Source of the DNA: Patescibacteria group bacterium
GTDB lineage: Bacteria; Patescibacteriota; Minisyncoccia; Phycocordibacterales; CAIZLB01
Reading direction: 5' to 3'
DNA length: 64,000 bases
Assembly (NCBI GenBank): GCA_040386515.1
Contig: JAZKFG010000002.1
Location: 15,074-79,073 of the forward strand
The notes beneath the pieces are model-generated. The model was not told where the DNA came from, ran no database searches, and saw only the letters and a program-made list of their open reading frames with translations. Positions 7,989 through 17,337 of this stretch are shown piece after piece (the first letter of the stretch is position 1; every line of letters starts with the position of its first letter). The translations under genes and the position numbers were made by a program.

Positions 7989-9330
7989 TGGGTCGAAGTA
8001 TTTCAATAACTGCTCTCTCTGGAATTAAATATGTTCCAATCATTTTCTTAACATCATCGAACTGAACTTGCTCAAATTCATCAAGTACAGTTCTTTCTTT
8101 AACTATTTCACTTACAATCATAATGTCATCAAGTGCTGCGTCTATAACACCTGATGATGAATGTTCAGAAGCAAGAGTGGCTTCTATAACTAACCTTTTT
8201 CTTTGTTCAAATTTTTCTTCGTACTGACCTTTTTTAATATCTTCAAGAATTTCCTGAGCTATTTCTATTGCTTCATCTATGTGATCAGGATTTATAGAAG
8301 TTCCCATATTAAATTTTAAAAAGTCTGTTTCAATGTAAAAATTAGCATTAGCCGAATAACACCAGTTATTGTCTGTTCTTAGTTTTTCATAGATAACATC
8401 GCTAACCAATCTTTGAACAATAAATGAAGTGGCAATAAGTAAATTTTCTTCAGAGGTGTTTGGAATACCTGGCTTTTTATTGATTCGTGCGAAAGAATAG
8501 CTGATTGATACATTGGCCTGATTTTTTTCGGTTACACCGATATCGCTAAACGTATGATCCATACGTTGAATTTCAGGCAAATCAACTTCTGTAGGAATAA
8601 AGGGAGGTGTTGTTTTTTCACCATTTGGAATTCTGTCTGCGGTTTCTGATATTATATTTTTAATATTTTCTATGATTCCTAATGCCTCAATGTTTCCGGC
8701 TAAAAGTATTTCCATATTTTCTTTTACAAAATACTTTTTATGGGCAGAAGTAATATCTTCGTGAGTTATTTTTGTAATTGTATCTGGCCAGCCGAGTGCT
8801 GAGATAATACGTCGTCTGTCTGGCAGATTGGCCAATCTATTGTCTCTAAACTTTTTAACATAGGCGATATATTTTTCATTAAGAAATCTACTCCATGCTT
8901 CCTGCATTATAATTTTCTTTTCCTGCTCCCATCCTTCAACAGTTAGTTTTGGACTATGAGTCATTGCGAATATCCCCTGAATAGCTTTCTCAAAGTTGTG
9001 GGGAAGGCATTTTCCTTCAATAACTAATTCAAACAGACCTGTGTGGGCATTGTGTGTATTTAGGAGGATATCTTTACTGAAGTTTTTTATTGACTTCTCA
9101 TCAGGGTAAATATCATTACCTTTAAAAATCATATGCTCTAAGAAATGTGCAACACCTTCTTTTCCAATTTCGTCATGCATAGCGCCATAATGAAAAAGAA
9201 TACGGATATGTACACAAGGGGCAAAGGGTAAATGCTTAGTATGCAATGGTATACCTGAAACCTCAGATTTTTCAAAATCGTAAGGTTCAAAGGTAAACTC
9301 TTTATCTATCATTTCTTTTAGGTTGGTCAT
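7960..9330 (-). CDS. M16 family (pitrilysin/insulinase-like) zinc peptidase
   Basis: 456 aa. HFLEHMIFKG matches the inverted zincin HxxEH motif. Confidence 0.7.
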   Translation of the reverse strand: MTNLKEMIDKEFTFEPYDFEKSEVSGIPLHTKHLPFAPCVHIRILFHYGAMHDEIGKEGVAHFLEHMIFKGNDIYPDEKSIKNFSKDILLNTHNAHTGLFELVIEGKCLPHNFEKAIQGIFAMTHSPKLTVEGWEQEKKIIMQEAWSRFLNEKYIAYVKKFRDNRLANLPDRRRIISALGWPDTITKITHEDITSAHKKYFVKENMEILLAGNIEALGIIENIKNIISETADRIPNGEKTTPPFIPTEVDLPEIQRMDHTFSDIGVTEKNQANVSISYSFARINKKPGIPNTSEENLLIATSFIVQRLVSDVIYEKLRTDNNWCYSANANFYIETDFLKFNMGTSINPDHIDEAIEIAQEILEDIKKGQYEEKFEQRKRLVIEATLASEHSSSGVIDAALDDIMIVSEIVKERTVLDEFEQVQFDDVKKMIGTYLIPERAVIEILRPIMVDKSPQA

Positions 9331-9385
9331 ATTCGTAGTGTACTAAAAGAAATGGGAATAAGATACTTCTTTGAGTTCATGAAGT

Positions 9386-9868
9386 TTGGATGATATAATT
9401 CTTACCATGAATACAACACAAACAGGATGTACATTAAATGGAGCACCTATCGATTGTCCAAACATTGGACTCATGGTTGGAACAGTTGGATTAATCTTTG
9501 CATTAATTATATTAATTAATATAATTGCCTTTTGGAAAATATTTACCAAAGCAGGTAAGCCAGGATGGGCATCAATTATTCCTGTATATAACATGGTGGT
9601 AATGCTTGAAATCGCCAAGAAGCCAATATGGTGGGTGATACTTATGTTTATTCCAGTAGTAAATGTGGTTGTTGGAATTGTTCTTACGATTGAATTGGCA
9701 AAAGCCTTTGGTAAAGAAGTTGGGTTTACAATTGGATTAGTAATTCTTCCTATAATATTCTTCCCGATTATGGCTTTTGATGATTCGAAGTATATATACG
9801 GGGATACTCCTGAAGTTCCACCGATGCCGGATACAAATCCTATTATTCCGCCAGCAGCGACGGTGTAG
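9386..9868 (+). CDS. DUF5684-like multi-pass membrane protein
   Basis: 160 aa. Conserved-looking AGKPGWASIIPVYN...ML.IAKKPIWW segment. Pro-rich C-terminal tail. Confidence 0.4.
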   Translation: MDDIILTMNTTQTGCTLNGAPIDCPNIGLMVGTVGLIFALIILINIIAFWKIFTKAGKPGWASIIPVYNMVVMLEIAKKPIWWVILMFIPVVNVVVGIVLTIELAKAFGKEVGFTIGLVILPIIFFPIMAFDDSKYIYGDTPEVPPMPDTNPIIPPAATV

Positions 9869-9877
9869 GTTGCATCA

Positions 9878-9912
9878 TAAAAGGCCAGAGCTACAAGCTC
9901 TGGCCTTTTATA
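9878..9912. terminator. bidirectional hairpin terminator between convergent genes
   Basis: aaaaggccagagc-tacaa-gctctggcctttt, with A/T runs on both sides. Confidence 0.6.
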
Positions 9913-9923
9913 TTAGGTATTAC

Positions 9924-10340
9924 TTATTCTCCTTTAATAATATCGTATAAAGGTCCAGAACATACAACTGATCCATCAGAAATTCCGCTCAGTGTTTTTG
10001 CTACTGAATTTTCAAGTGTTGTTTTGTTACTAAAATCACATGTCATTGGCTTATTTTCCCATCCAGGCATATTGATCTTTGTATATGTGAATTTCATATT
10101 ACATCCTTCTGTTCCTGAACTTAAGATTTCATATTGAACTCCAGCACCGCCTGCCTCAACTGCAAAAACTGAAGGAGTACATGTTTTAAAATTAGCATCA
10201 AAACACGCTCGATCTTCACATGCTGGTGCATTAGTGGCTGTACTAGAATTTGATTTGTAATACATAAATCCTCCGATTGAAGCGAGTACTATAAGTATTA
10301 GAATAATTATTCCTGCAGCTCCATGTTGTCTATTTTTCAT
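9924..10340 (-). CDS. small secreted Cys-rich protein
   Basis: Start set at MKNRQHG, which gives a signal/TM segment. The longer ORF to 10523 would overlap the divergent neighbour. Eight or more Cys residues. Confidence 0.4.
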   Translation of the reverse strand: MKNRQHGAAGIIILILIVLASIGGFMYYKSNSSTATNAPACEDRACFDANFKTCTPSVFAVEAGGAGVQYEILSSGTEGCNMKFTYTKINMPGWENKPMTCDFSNKTTLENSVAKTLSGISDGSVVCSGPLYDIIKGE

Positions 10341-10362
10341 ATGTATATAGTATAATTTATTT

Positions 10363-10866
10363 ATGAAATTTACACCAACACAAAAACTTACTATTTCTTC
10401 TGGAAGTGCGACAGGTATACTGATTGTTGTACTTGCTGTACTCGCAGTAAGTGGTTTTATATTTTTTAAACAAAGTGGCAGTCCAAGTTCTGAACAAATA
10501 CAACCAGAGCTAGAAGCATTCATTTTAGAAAATGGTAAAAAAGATTGTGCTGGAACATTTGAGATTATTCATTTATCTGATGTGGCTGTGGGTGAGTACA
10601 ATAATGAATTAAAAGCTTGGCCTATTTATGCAGCCAGTAAAACATCTTGCGAGAAGGTGAATTCATCAGGAGTAAAAATAACAAATACATATGATGACAT
10701 GGATAGTCCTGCAAAGAAAACTGCTGTGGCATTTGCTCGAGAATCTGGAAATACATATGAAGTATTTATACCTAAAGAGGTAAGGGACATTTCAAATGAG
10801 TTAAATGATAAATTGAAAAATGCTTCGGATAAGGGGTTTGAAGAGTTCAAGAAGAATTTTAAATAG
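10363..10866 (+). CDS. membrane-anchored secreted hypothetical protein
   Basis: 167 aa. N-terminal TM helix; Cys-containing. Confidence 0.4.
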   Translation: MKFTPTQKLTISSGSATGILIVVLAVLAVSGFIFFKQSGSPSSEQIQPELEAFILENGKKDCAGTFEIIHLSDVAVGEYNNELKAWPIYAASKTSCEKVNSSGVKITNTYDDMDSPAKKTAVAFARESGNTYEVFIPKEVRDISNELNDKLKNASDKGFEEFKKNFK

Positions 10867-10882
10867 TGCTAGAATTAAAGTA

Positions 10883-11389
10883 ATGAAAAGCTATACAAAA
10901 GGGTTCACACTCATAGAACTTCTTGTGGTTATTGCGATAATCGCCCTTTTATCTTCCATAGTTATAGGTGCACTTCAAAGTGCTCGAGAGAAAGCAAAGT
11001 ATTCGCGAGTTCAGAAAGAGTTTAATTCAATTCATACTGCAGTTGAACTCTATGCTCTTGATAACAACGGTCAATATCCGCCAGATGGAAATGCAGCTCT
11101 TCCTACTTCACTCGATACATACTTGAGCGCAACTGGAGTACCAACTCCTCCTTGGCCAGGAACTGTGTATGATTGGGAGAATTGGACCATTGACGGTGCA
11201 AAGGTTTTGCAAATCAGTGTAAGATTTTGTCCTTCTGGTGGGCCATTATCATCATGTCGATTCCCAAATGAGTCTTGGGCATCTGGTTTCGGAGTAAACA
11301 GTTCCTTGTATTATTGTGTTTCAGGAGCATGTCGTCCTCATGAATTTGAGGCTGTGACATATCCAGGGAAGTGTGTGAATTGTAATTAA
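10883..11389 (+). CDS. type IV pilin / pseudopilin (prepilin-type N-terminal methylation domain)
   Basis: MKSYTKGFTLIELLVVIAIIALL is a class III signal peptide (G|FTLIEL). C-terminal Cys pairs resemble a pilin D-region disulfide loop. Confidence 0.8.
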   Translation: MKSYTKGFTLIELLVVIAIIALLSSIVIGALQSAREKAKYSRVQKEFNSIHTAVELYALDNNGQYPPDGNAALPTSLDTYLSATGVPTPPWPGTVYDWENWTIDGAKVLQISVRFCPSGGPLSSCRFPNESWASGFGVNSSLYYCVSGACRPHEFEAVTYPGKCVNCN

Positions 11390-11563
11390 AGATATTTTGT
11401 GGTGAGAAATGAAAGACTTGACCCTTACAGGGTCAGTACACCTTTGCCATTTTCTCAAACTCTTCAAGTTCTCGAAAATATGACAAAGCTTTTCAACTTG
11501 CACTTTGGCCCCGCCAAAGCTCACTCACGGAAGTGCCACAGGGCACTTCCTATCGCCACAAAC

Positions 11564-11590
11564 GAAAATAAACCCTTGCGGGTTTATTTC
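11564..11590 (-). terminator. palindromic hairpin terminator downstream of tRNA-Val (gaaaataaaccc-ttgc-gggtttatttc)
   Basis: Same cgaaaataaac...gtttatttc motif as at 3738-3768. Located immediately 3' of the minus-strand tRNA. Confidence 0.5.
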
Positions 11591-11597
11591 TAATTTG

Positions 11598-11670
11598 TGC
11601 GCGATGAGGGACTTGAACCCCCGACCTTCTCAGTGTAAATGAGTTGCTCTACCAACTGAGCTAATCGCGC
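11598..11670 (-). tRNA. tRNA-Val (anticodon TAC)
   Basis: Reverse complement reads GCGCGATTAGCTCAGTTGGTAGAGCAACTCATTTACACTGAGAAGGTCGGGGGTTCAAGTCCCTCATCGCGCA. Acceptor 7/7 bp. D-arm GCTC/GAGC. T-arm GGGGG/CCCTC. Confidence 0.75.
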
Positions 11671-11740
11671 TCTTTACGATAACCACTATATCATATTCAA
11701 AATTGATATACAACTGAAAATATAGTACAGTAACTCCTAA

Positions 11741-11823
11741 GCGCAGGTGGCGAAACGGTAGACGCACTACCTTGAGGTGGTAGCGCCCGTAAGGGTGTGG
11801 AGGTTCAAATCCTCTCTTGCGCA
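11741..11823 (+). tRNA. tRNA-Leu (anticodon GAG), class II
   Basis: GCGCAGGTGGCGAAACGGTAGACGCACTACCTTGAGGTGGTAGCGCCCGTAAGGGTGTGGAGGTTCAAATCCTCTCTTGCGCA. Long variable arm. Anticodon stem CTACC/GGTAG. Confidence 0.8.
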
Positions 11824-11827
11824 CATA

Positions 11828-12549
11828 TGTCATTTGAATCATCTATTAATAATATAGGACTAGAGAAAGAAGCTAATTACAAAGGTAATTGGACAGTTCT
11901 TTTAGCTGAACGTGCACAATCATCAGCTACAAAGGAAAAGTTTTTGGCAATGAAAGAAAAATTCCCGACAGTTGAGGAGAGAACTAGTGATCATAAGCTT
12001 GGAATGTTAGACAAGTTTTCAGATATTCCTACTGACACTTTTGAACAAGGTAAAGATAGGTATGATGCAAATATTGGACATGTATTTGGGAGTACGGAAT
12101 ATGTTCATTCAAAAGATACATCTTTTCAGGCTGACACTTTGGGTTTAAGTGCAGGGTATGGCGATCCTGGTACAGTCTTTAAAGATGCTGCACTCAATGG
12201 TAATCAAGTAAGTTCTGAACATAAGACTATTATTGAAGCTCATGAAAAAGCTCACGGCCTTTTTAGAGATTTAACAAATGGTGAAAAGACATATATCTTA
12301 TCTCCATTTAATGAAGAAAATCTAAATCTGAGGCACAGTGCTAAAGCTGACGAAGTACTTGCTCGAATGTCTCAGCTTAAAAATTACTTTGGATTTAGAG
12401 AAGGGGAATCATTCACTGCTGAGCATTTAGAATATGCTAAAACTCATTATGTACACGATGTTGGTCTAGATAATCGAATGTCAGACTTTTTTGCATCAAT
12501 AGAGGATCAACACAAATTTCTAGAGGTTATAAATGCAATTCCGTGTTAA
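11828..12549 (+). CDS. hypothetical protein with HExxH-like motif (HEKAH)
   Basis: ORF 11797.. overlaps tRNA-Leu, so the first downstream ATG at 11828 was taken (MSFESS...). Contains IIEAHEKAHGLF. No signal peptide. Confidence 0.4.
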
Positions 12550-12583
12550 CATACATTCAAATTAACTATATAAAATCAAAATA

Positions 12584-13204
12584 ATGAAATACATAAAACC
12601 AGTTGGAATATTATTATTACTAATTGTAGCAGGGGCAGTTGTCTACATTTTCAAGCATACAAGTCCAATAATAGAGATTGTAAATCCAGAGCCAATTGCA
12701 ACATCAACAGAAGTAGCAACTACTACGGCTACAACTACAGTTCTTGGAACTGAGTCAACTCCTGAAGCTAACCTTAAGTTACAGGCATCTATTTTGGCAA
12801 AAGCATTTATTAAAAAAGATTACGAGACTGTTATAAAATACACGCATCCTACAATTGTTACAGGACTAGGAGGTAAAGAAAAAGCCCTTGAGAATCTGAA
12901 GAAGGGAATGGCTAGTGCTGATATGACATTTACAGTTATCGACTTGGAAAAACCAAGTGCAATAATAAATACAGGAACAGAGCTTCAATCAGTAATTGTT
13001 GAAAATCTTGAAATGAAAATCCCAACAGGAACACTTAAAGGAAAATCAGCTTTGATTGCAATATCAATGGATAAAGGTAAGAATTGGTTTTTTATAGATA
13101 GATCTGGAGCGGAGGATTTAAAAGCATTCCAGACTATGCTTCCAACACTAAGTTCAAAACTTGTGCTGCCTGCAAAAGTTGAGCCGACATTTGTTCAGAA
13201 TTAA
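12584..13204 (+). CDS. membrane-anchored hypothetical protein
   Basis: 206 aa. N-terminal TM helix, Thr-rich linker. Followed by terminator aaaaactgtag-agaaat-ctacagttttt at 13212-13245. Confidence 0.4.
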   Translation: MKYIKPVGILLLLIVAGAVVYIFKHTSPIIEIVNPEPIATSTEVATTTATTTVLGTESTPEANLKLQASILAKAFIKKDYETVIKYTHPTIVTGLGGKEKALENLKKGMASADMTFTVIDLEKPSAIINTGTELQSVIVENLEMKIPTGTLKGKSALIAISMDKGKNWFFIDRSGAEDLKAFQTMLPTLSSKLVLPAKVEPTFVQN

Positions 13205-13268
13205 ATAACATAAAAACTGTAGAGAAATCTACAGTTTTTGTTTTAACTAGACATGTTACAATACACCC

Positions 13269-13850
13269 ATGCTCGAACTGAACAAAAAGTACACTCTCGG
13301 TAAACGGACCTTCTGGTTCCTCTTTTTGAAAAATGGAAAAACCGTAACTCTCGTTACCATTCTTATACTTGCCGCGATGCTTGCAATGTACATCGGAGCA
13401 ACTGGCACATGGACCTCAGAATTCCTTGCGACTCATTTTGACGGAATTATAACTAAAGGAATGCTTTTATTATGGCTTTCCCTTGGTGTCTTATCTCTAG
13501 CTATAGTTCTATTCATTGGCCTATTCGAACATTTTGCTCAGCATAAGTTTATGCTCGATGATCATTCATTCCATATTCGGCGAGGGATTTTCATGATTAA
13601 AGAAAAGGTAATTCCGTATCGGCATATTCAAAATGTAGATTTAGAACAGCCGTATCACTATAGAATTTTTGGCGTAGCGAGGCTCAATATTACAACAGCG
13701 CGTATTGATGTATTCGATGACGAAGGAAAAGGGAAAAATGGACAAAGGGCTGAATCTCATGGTAAGAATAATCTTATACCAATTATTGATAAAAAGATCG
13801 CCAAAGAACTGGCCCACTATCTTGTGAGTCAGGGTGATAGAAGAATTTAA
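13269..13850 (+). CDS. bacterial PH domain (bPH_2/YdbS-like, DUF304) membrane protein
   Basis: 193 aa. Two TM helices followed by IPYRHIQNVDLEQPYHYRIFGVARLNITTA, as in YdbS/YdbT bPH_2 proteins. Confidence 0.5.
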   Translation: MLELNKKYTLGKRTFWFLFLKNGKTVTLVTILILAAMLAMYIGATGTWTSEFLATHFDGIITKGMLLLWLSLGVLSLAIVLFIGLFEHFAQHKFMLDDHSFHIRRGIFMIKEKVIPYRHIQNVDLEQPYHYRIFGVARLNITTARIDVFDDEGKGKNGQRAESHGKNNLIPIIDKKIAKELAHYLVSQGDRRI

Positions 13851-13856
13851 TACTAT

Positions 13857-14240
13857 ATGAAGCATCCCGCACCACCAAAACAAAAAAGAGAAAAACTATG
13901 GGATGAAAAGTTAACAGGATGGATTGGATCAGTAACATCGCTTGTTGTGCATACGCTCTTGTTTATAGGAGTGTTTGTGGCTATTGCTCTTGGTGTGCCA
14001 AAAGACAGTGCTCTTTTAATGCTTACAACTATTGTATCGCTGGAGGCAATTTATCTTTCTATTCTTATTCAGATGTCAGTAAATAGAAACAGTGCTTCAC
14101 TCGAGGAAGTGGAAGAAGATATTGAAGACATTCAAGAGGATATTGAGGATATTCAAGAAGGTGTTGAAGACATTGAAGAGGAGATTGAAGAAATCCAAGA
14201 AGACATTGAAGATATTGAAGTTGCTACAAAAAAGTTGTAG
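13857..14240 (+). CDS. DUF1003-like membrane protein with acidic heptad-repeat tail
   Basis: 127 aa. Two TM helices. C-terminus consists of the EDIEDIQ-type repeats. Confidence 0.45.
   Translation: MKHPAPPKQKREKLWDEKLTGWIGSVTSLVVHTLLFIGVFVAIALGVPKDSALLMLTTIVSLEAIYLSILIQMSVNRNSASLEEVEEDIEDIQEDIEDIQEGVEDIEEEIEEIQEDIEDIEVATKKL
14114..14220 (+). repeat. five tandem 21-nt coding repeats (EDIEDIQ / EGVEDIE / EEIEEIQ)
   Basis: gaagatattgaagacattcaagag-like units repeated in frame. Confidence 0.8.
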
Positions 14241-14255
14241 GAGTATGATTGAGAT

Positions 14256-15011
14256 ATGGAAAATTTCAAAACACAATCACAAACTTGGCTTAGAGAGTCA
14301 TCAGTACGAGCTGCTGTAGTTGCATCACTATTTGCTGTACTCATTTCACTTATTCTGATAAGTGCATTCTTTAAATCTAAAGAATTAGATAATAGTATTA
14401 GCGTAACTGGTTCTGCGCGAAAATCAGTAGTAGCTGACAGTGCAAAACTTTCAATCACAATGCGTCGGGCGGCTTCATTTACAACATTGACCGATAGCTA
14501 TAAATCAATGTATGCAAATACTGATAGAGTAAAAGCCTTTATTCTTAAGGCTGGATTTGCAGAGTCAGATATTGCAATCACGCCTCCATCAGCAGATCAG
14601 ATTTATGATAACAACGGCCGAGCAGCAGAAGATAGACAATTTGATGTTCGACAATATATAGATATTCGCTCAAGCGACATTGCAAAGATTGAAGCCTTGT
14701 CACGAAGTATTACAAATGTATCAGAACCAGGACTTGTGATTGAAATTCGTCCTGTTGAATATATGTATACAAAGCTTGCAGATATTCGAGGTGAATTATT
14801 CGCAGAAGCTATAAAAGATGCACGAGTGCGAGCTGAAGCAATTGCATCAACAAGTGGAGGAAAGGTGGGGAAGATTAAGAGTGCAGCGACAGGAGTAGTG
14901 CAGGTTCTTACTCCGCAATCAGTTGAAGTTTCTGACTATGGAACAGTTGATACATCAAGTATTAACAAGGAAGTTATGGTAACAGCGCGAGCTTCTTTCT
15001 ATATAAAATAG
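14256..15011 (+). CDS. SIMPL domain (DUF541, YggE-like) protein, paralog 1
   Basis: 251 aa. N-terminal TM helix. VTGSARKSVVADSAKLSITM and ARVRAEAIA are typical of SIMPL/DUF541. Confidence 0.55.
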   Translation: MENFKTQSQTWLRESSVRAAVVASLFAVLISLILISAFFKSKELDNSISVTGSARKSVVADSAKLSITMRRAASFTTLTDSYKSMYANTDRVKAFILKAGFAESDIAITPPSADQIYDNNGRAAEDRQFDVRQYIDIRSSDIAKIEALSRSITNVSEPGLVIEIRPVEYMYTKLADIRGELFAEAIKDARVRAEAIASTSGGKVGKIKSAATGVVQVLTPQSVEVSDYGTVDTSSINKEVMVTARASFYIK

Positions 15012-15056
15012 ATTGAACTATGGTTATTAATAATTAACATATGATATAATTAATAT

Positions 15057-15944
15057 ATGAACGACAACGAAACAAAATCAAACACATTTATCCAGTGGCT
15101 ACAGGCCACACCACTCCGAAAGGGGCTATTAAGTACAATTCTTATCTTTGTTGCTCTGGCAATGGTTGCTAAGACTGTGCTTCTATTTAAACAAGCTGCT
15201 CATGTAGGAGTAAGTGATGACTATCCTCAGTCAGTAACAGTAACAGGTAAAGCTGAAGAATATGTTCAGCCAGATACTCTACAGTTCAACATTTCTATAA
15301 ATGAAGAAGGTAAAAATGTAACTGAAGCTACTACAAAAGCATCTGATAAGACAAAACAAGCTATTGCAGTTCTAAAAGCAAACGGCGTTGAAGAGAAAAA
15401 TATTAAAACTACAAATTACTCTGTATCAGATAAGTACGATTCTGTATCACAGCCTTGTCCAGTTGCCTCAATATCACCAGCAGGAGATATGAGAACTATT
15501 GCACCATGTACTAATACAACATCTCAAATTGTAGGTGCAATCGTGTATCAGACACTAGAGGTTAAGATTCGGGACATTGCTAAAAATGCTACTACTGACC
15601 AGAGAGCCAAACTAGTTGGAGAACTTGCTGCAGCAAATGTAAAAACAGATGGATTTACATTTACAGTATTTGATCTTGATGCAGTAAAGGCACGAGTGCG
15701 AGCTGAAGCTATTCAAAAGGCTAAAGACGATGCTCGAGTTCTTGCTCGAAACTTGGGGGTAAATCTACGAACTATTTCAGGCTTTAGTGAGCAGGGAGAA
15801 GGGGGATATGCTCCATATATGAGTGCTCGAGCAGAATCAGCAGTTATGATGAAAGATGCTGCAATGCCTGTTCCAGCCCCTCAGCTTCCAGCAGGAGAAC
15901 AGAAGGTGACATCAGTGATTACATTGACCTACTTGATAAAATAG
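15057..15944 (+). CDS. SIMPL domain (DUF541) protein, paralog 2
   Basis: 295 aa. VTVTGKAEEYVQPDTLQFNISI and ARVRAEAIQKAKDDAR present. Shares an identical 20-mer (gcacgagtgcgagctgaagc) with paralog 1. Confidence 0.55.
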   Translation: MNDNETKSNTFIQWLQATPLRKGLLSTILIFVALAMVAKTVLLFKQAAHVGVSDDYPQSVTVTGKAEEYVQPDTLQFNISINEEGKNVTEATTKASDKTKQAIAVLKANGVEEKNIKTTNYSVSDKYDSVSQPCPVASISPAGDMRTIAPCTNTTSQIVGAIVYQTLEVKIRDIAKNATTDQRAKLVGELAAANVKTDGFTFTVFDLDAVKARVRAEAIQKAKDDARVLARNLGVNLRTISGFSEQGEGGYAPYMSARAESAVMMKDAAMPVPAPQLPAGEQKVTSVITLTYLIK

Positions 15945-16049
15945 TCAATCTCCTGTATAATAGATATATCTTTAAAACACTCGAAAAAACGGGTGTTTTA
16001 AAATTGAAAATTTATCAAAAATTCACAAATCAAAAAAACTTACACTACT

Positions 16050-16238
16050 ATGTCTATATTTTCCCACATTCGAGAATCAAGAGCTGAAATGAAGCATGTA
16101 AAATGGCCTTCACGAAAGCAGGTTATTGCCTATACTTCAATCGTTATTGCGCTTTCAATTATTATCGCAGCATACGTTGGTGGGCTTGATGTGCTATTTA
16201 CAAAAATCCTAGCCTGGATTATTGCTAAGGCTCAATAA
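16050..16238 (+). CDS. secE: preprotein translocase subunit SecE
   Basis: 62 aa with single C-terminal TM helix. Position directly upstream of nusG-rplK. Confidence 0.7.
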   Translation: MSIFSHIRESRAEMKHVKWPSRKQVIAYTSIVIALSIIIAAYVGGLDVLFTKILAWIIAKAQ

Positions 16239-16266
16239 TTAACAATTTAATTCTTTTACATATACT

Positions 16267-16809
16267 ATGGCAAAACAAATAGAAAAAGATCGAAATTGGT
16301 ATACTATTCAGACTTACTCTGGATATGAAAATGCAGTGGTTCGAAACCTTAAGCAACGTATTGAGTCTCTAGGTTTGGAAGATAAGATTTTCAATGTACT
16401 TGTTCCGACTGAAAGAATTATCAAAATCAAGAATGGCAAGCGAGTAGAGGAAGATGTTCGAATTTACCCTGGATACGTACTTGTAGATATGATTGTAACT
16501 GAGGATACTTGGTTTGCAGTTCGAAACACACCTCGAGTAACTGGTTTCGTAGGGTCAGGAACTATTCCTGTACCTGTTACTGAAGCTGAGCTTGCTGAGA
16601 TCTTCTCTCGAATGAAGGGTGACAACATTGTACATACTCTTGATGTACAGCTAGATGACTATGTAAATATAGTGGACGGTCCATTTAAAGACCTAGATGG
16701 TAAAGTATCAGAGATTGACCAGGAAAGAGGGAAACTCCGAGTCCTTGTTTCAATGTTTGGTCGGGAAACTCCGGTCGAGCTTGACTTCTTGCAAGTTAAG
16801 AAGAAATAG
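16267..16809 (+). CDS. nusG: transcription termination/antitermination factor NusG
   Basis: NGN domain (YTIQTYSGYENAV) and KOW region. Follows secE. Confidence 0.85.
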   Translation: MAKQIEKDRNWYTIQTYSGYENAVVRNLKQRIESLGLEDKIFNVLVPTERIIKIKNGKRVEEDVRIYPGYVLVDMIVTEDTWFAVRNTPRVTGFVGSGTIPVPVTEAELAEIFSRMKGDNIVHTLDVQLDDYVNIVDGPFKDLDGKVSEIDQERGKLRVLVSMFGRETPVELDFLQVKKK

Positions 16810-16839
16810 GCTATTATACACAAACAACGAATACATTAT

Positions 16840-17265
16840 ATGGCTAAAAAAGTAACAAAAATCATCAAGCTGCAAATCGCAGCTGCAAAAGCAACTCCAG
16901 CACCCCCAATCGGTACTGCCCTTGGGCCTGCAGGTGTTAACATTGGAGACTTCGTTAAGAAGTTCAACGATGCTACACAAGCAATGGTTGGAAGTACAAT
17001 TCCAGTAGTTATCAACGTATATGATGACCGATCATTCGATTTCATCATGAAAACTCCGCCAGCGGCAGAGTTCGTTAAGAAAGCTATTGGTCTTGAAACA
17101 GGATCAGGTACTCCTAACTCTAAAAAAGTAGGTAAAATCACTAAGGCTCAGGTTGAAGAGATTGCATCAAAAAAGATGGTGGATATGAATGCAGTTGATT
17201 TAGCAGGAGCAATCAAAATGATTGAAGGTACATGTCGATCACTAGGAGTTGAGGTTGTAGGGTAA
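16840..17265 (+). CDS. rplK: 50S ribosomal protein L11
   Basis: [35 protein letters not shown] matches the L11 N-terminal domain. Confidence 0.9.
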   Translation: MAKKVTKIIKLQIAAAKATPAPPIGTALGPAGVNIGDFVKKFNDATQAMVGSTIPVVINVYDDRSFDFIMKTPPAAEFVKKAIGLETGSGTPNSKKVGKITKAQVEEIASKKMVDMNAVDLAGAIKMIEGTCRSLGVEVVG

Positions 17266-17283
17266 TCTGCTCTAACCTAAGAA

Positions 17284-17320
17284 AAAGTCCGCAGGCGAAA
17301 GCTTGTGGATTTTTTCTATA
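17284..17320 (+). terminator. hairpin terminator after rplK
   Basis: tccgcaggc-gaaa-gcttgtgga, with GU wobbles valid only on the plus strand, followed by tttttt. Confidence 0.5.
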
Positions 17321-17337
17321 TACTATATATTTCATAT

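Noticed and set aside
11399-11593. 64-aa ORF in the 200-nt region between the pilin gene and tRNA-Val, also considered as a possible ncRNA
   Set aside because: The region is made of three successive hairpins that look like terminators. There is no recognisable RNase P, SRP or tmRNA consensus, and the ORF has no start context. It is left unannotated.
11630-11842. 70-aa minus ORF and the 5' extension of ORF 11797.. overlapping tRNA-Val/tRNA-Leu
   Set aside because: The sequence is accounted for by two canonical tRNAs. The CDS start was moved to the first ATG after tRNA-Leu.
14092-14319. Lys-rich 75-aa ORF in an alternative frame of the EDIEDIQ repeat, and any reading of the repeat as a CRISPR array
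   Set aside because: The repeat units are 21 nt, contiguous and in frame with the DUF1003 gene. There are no spacers and no cas genes. It is a coding tandem repeat.
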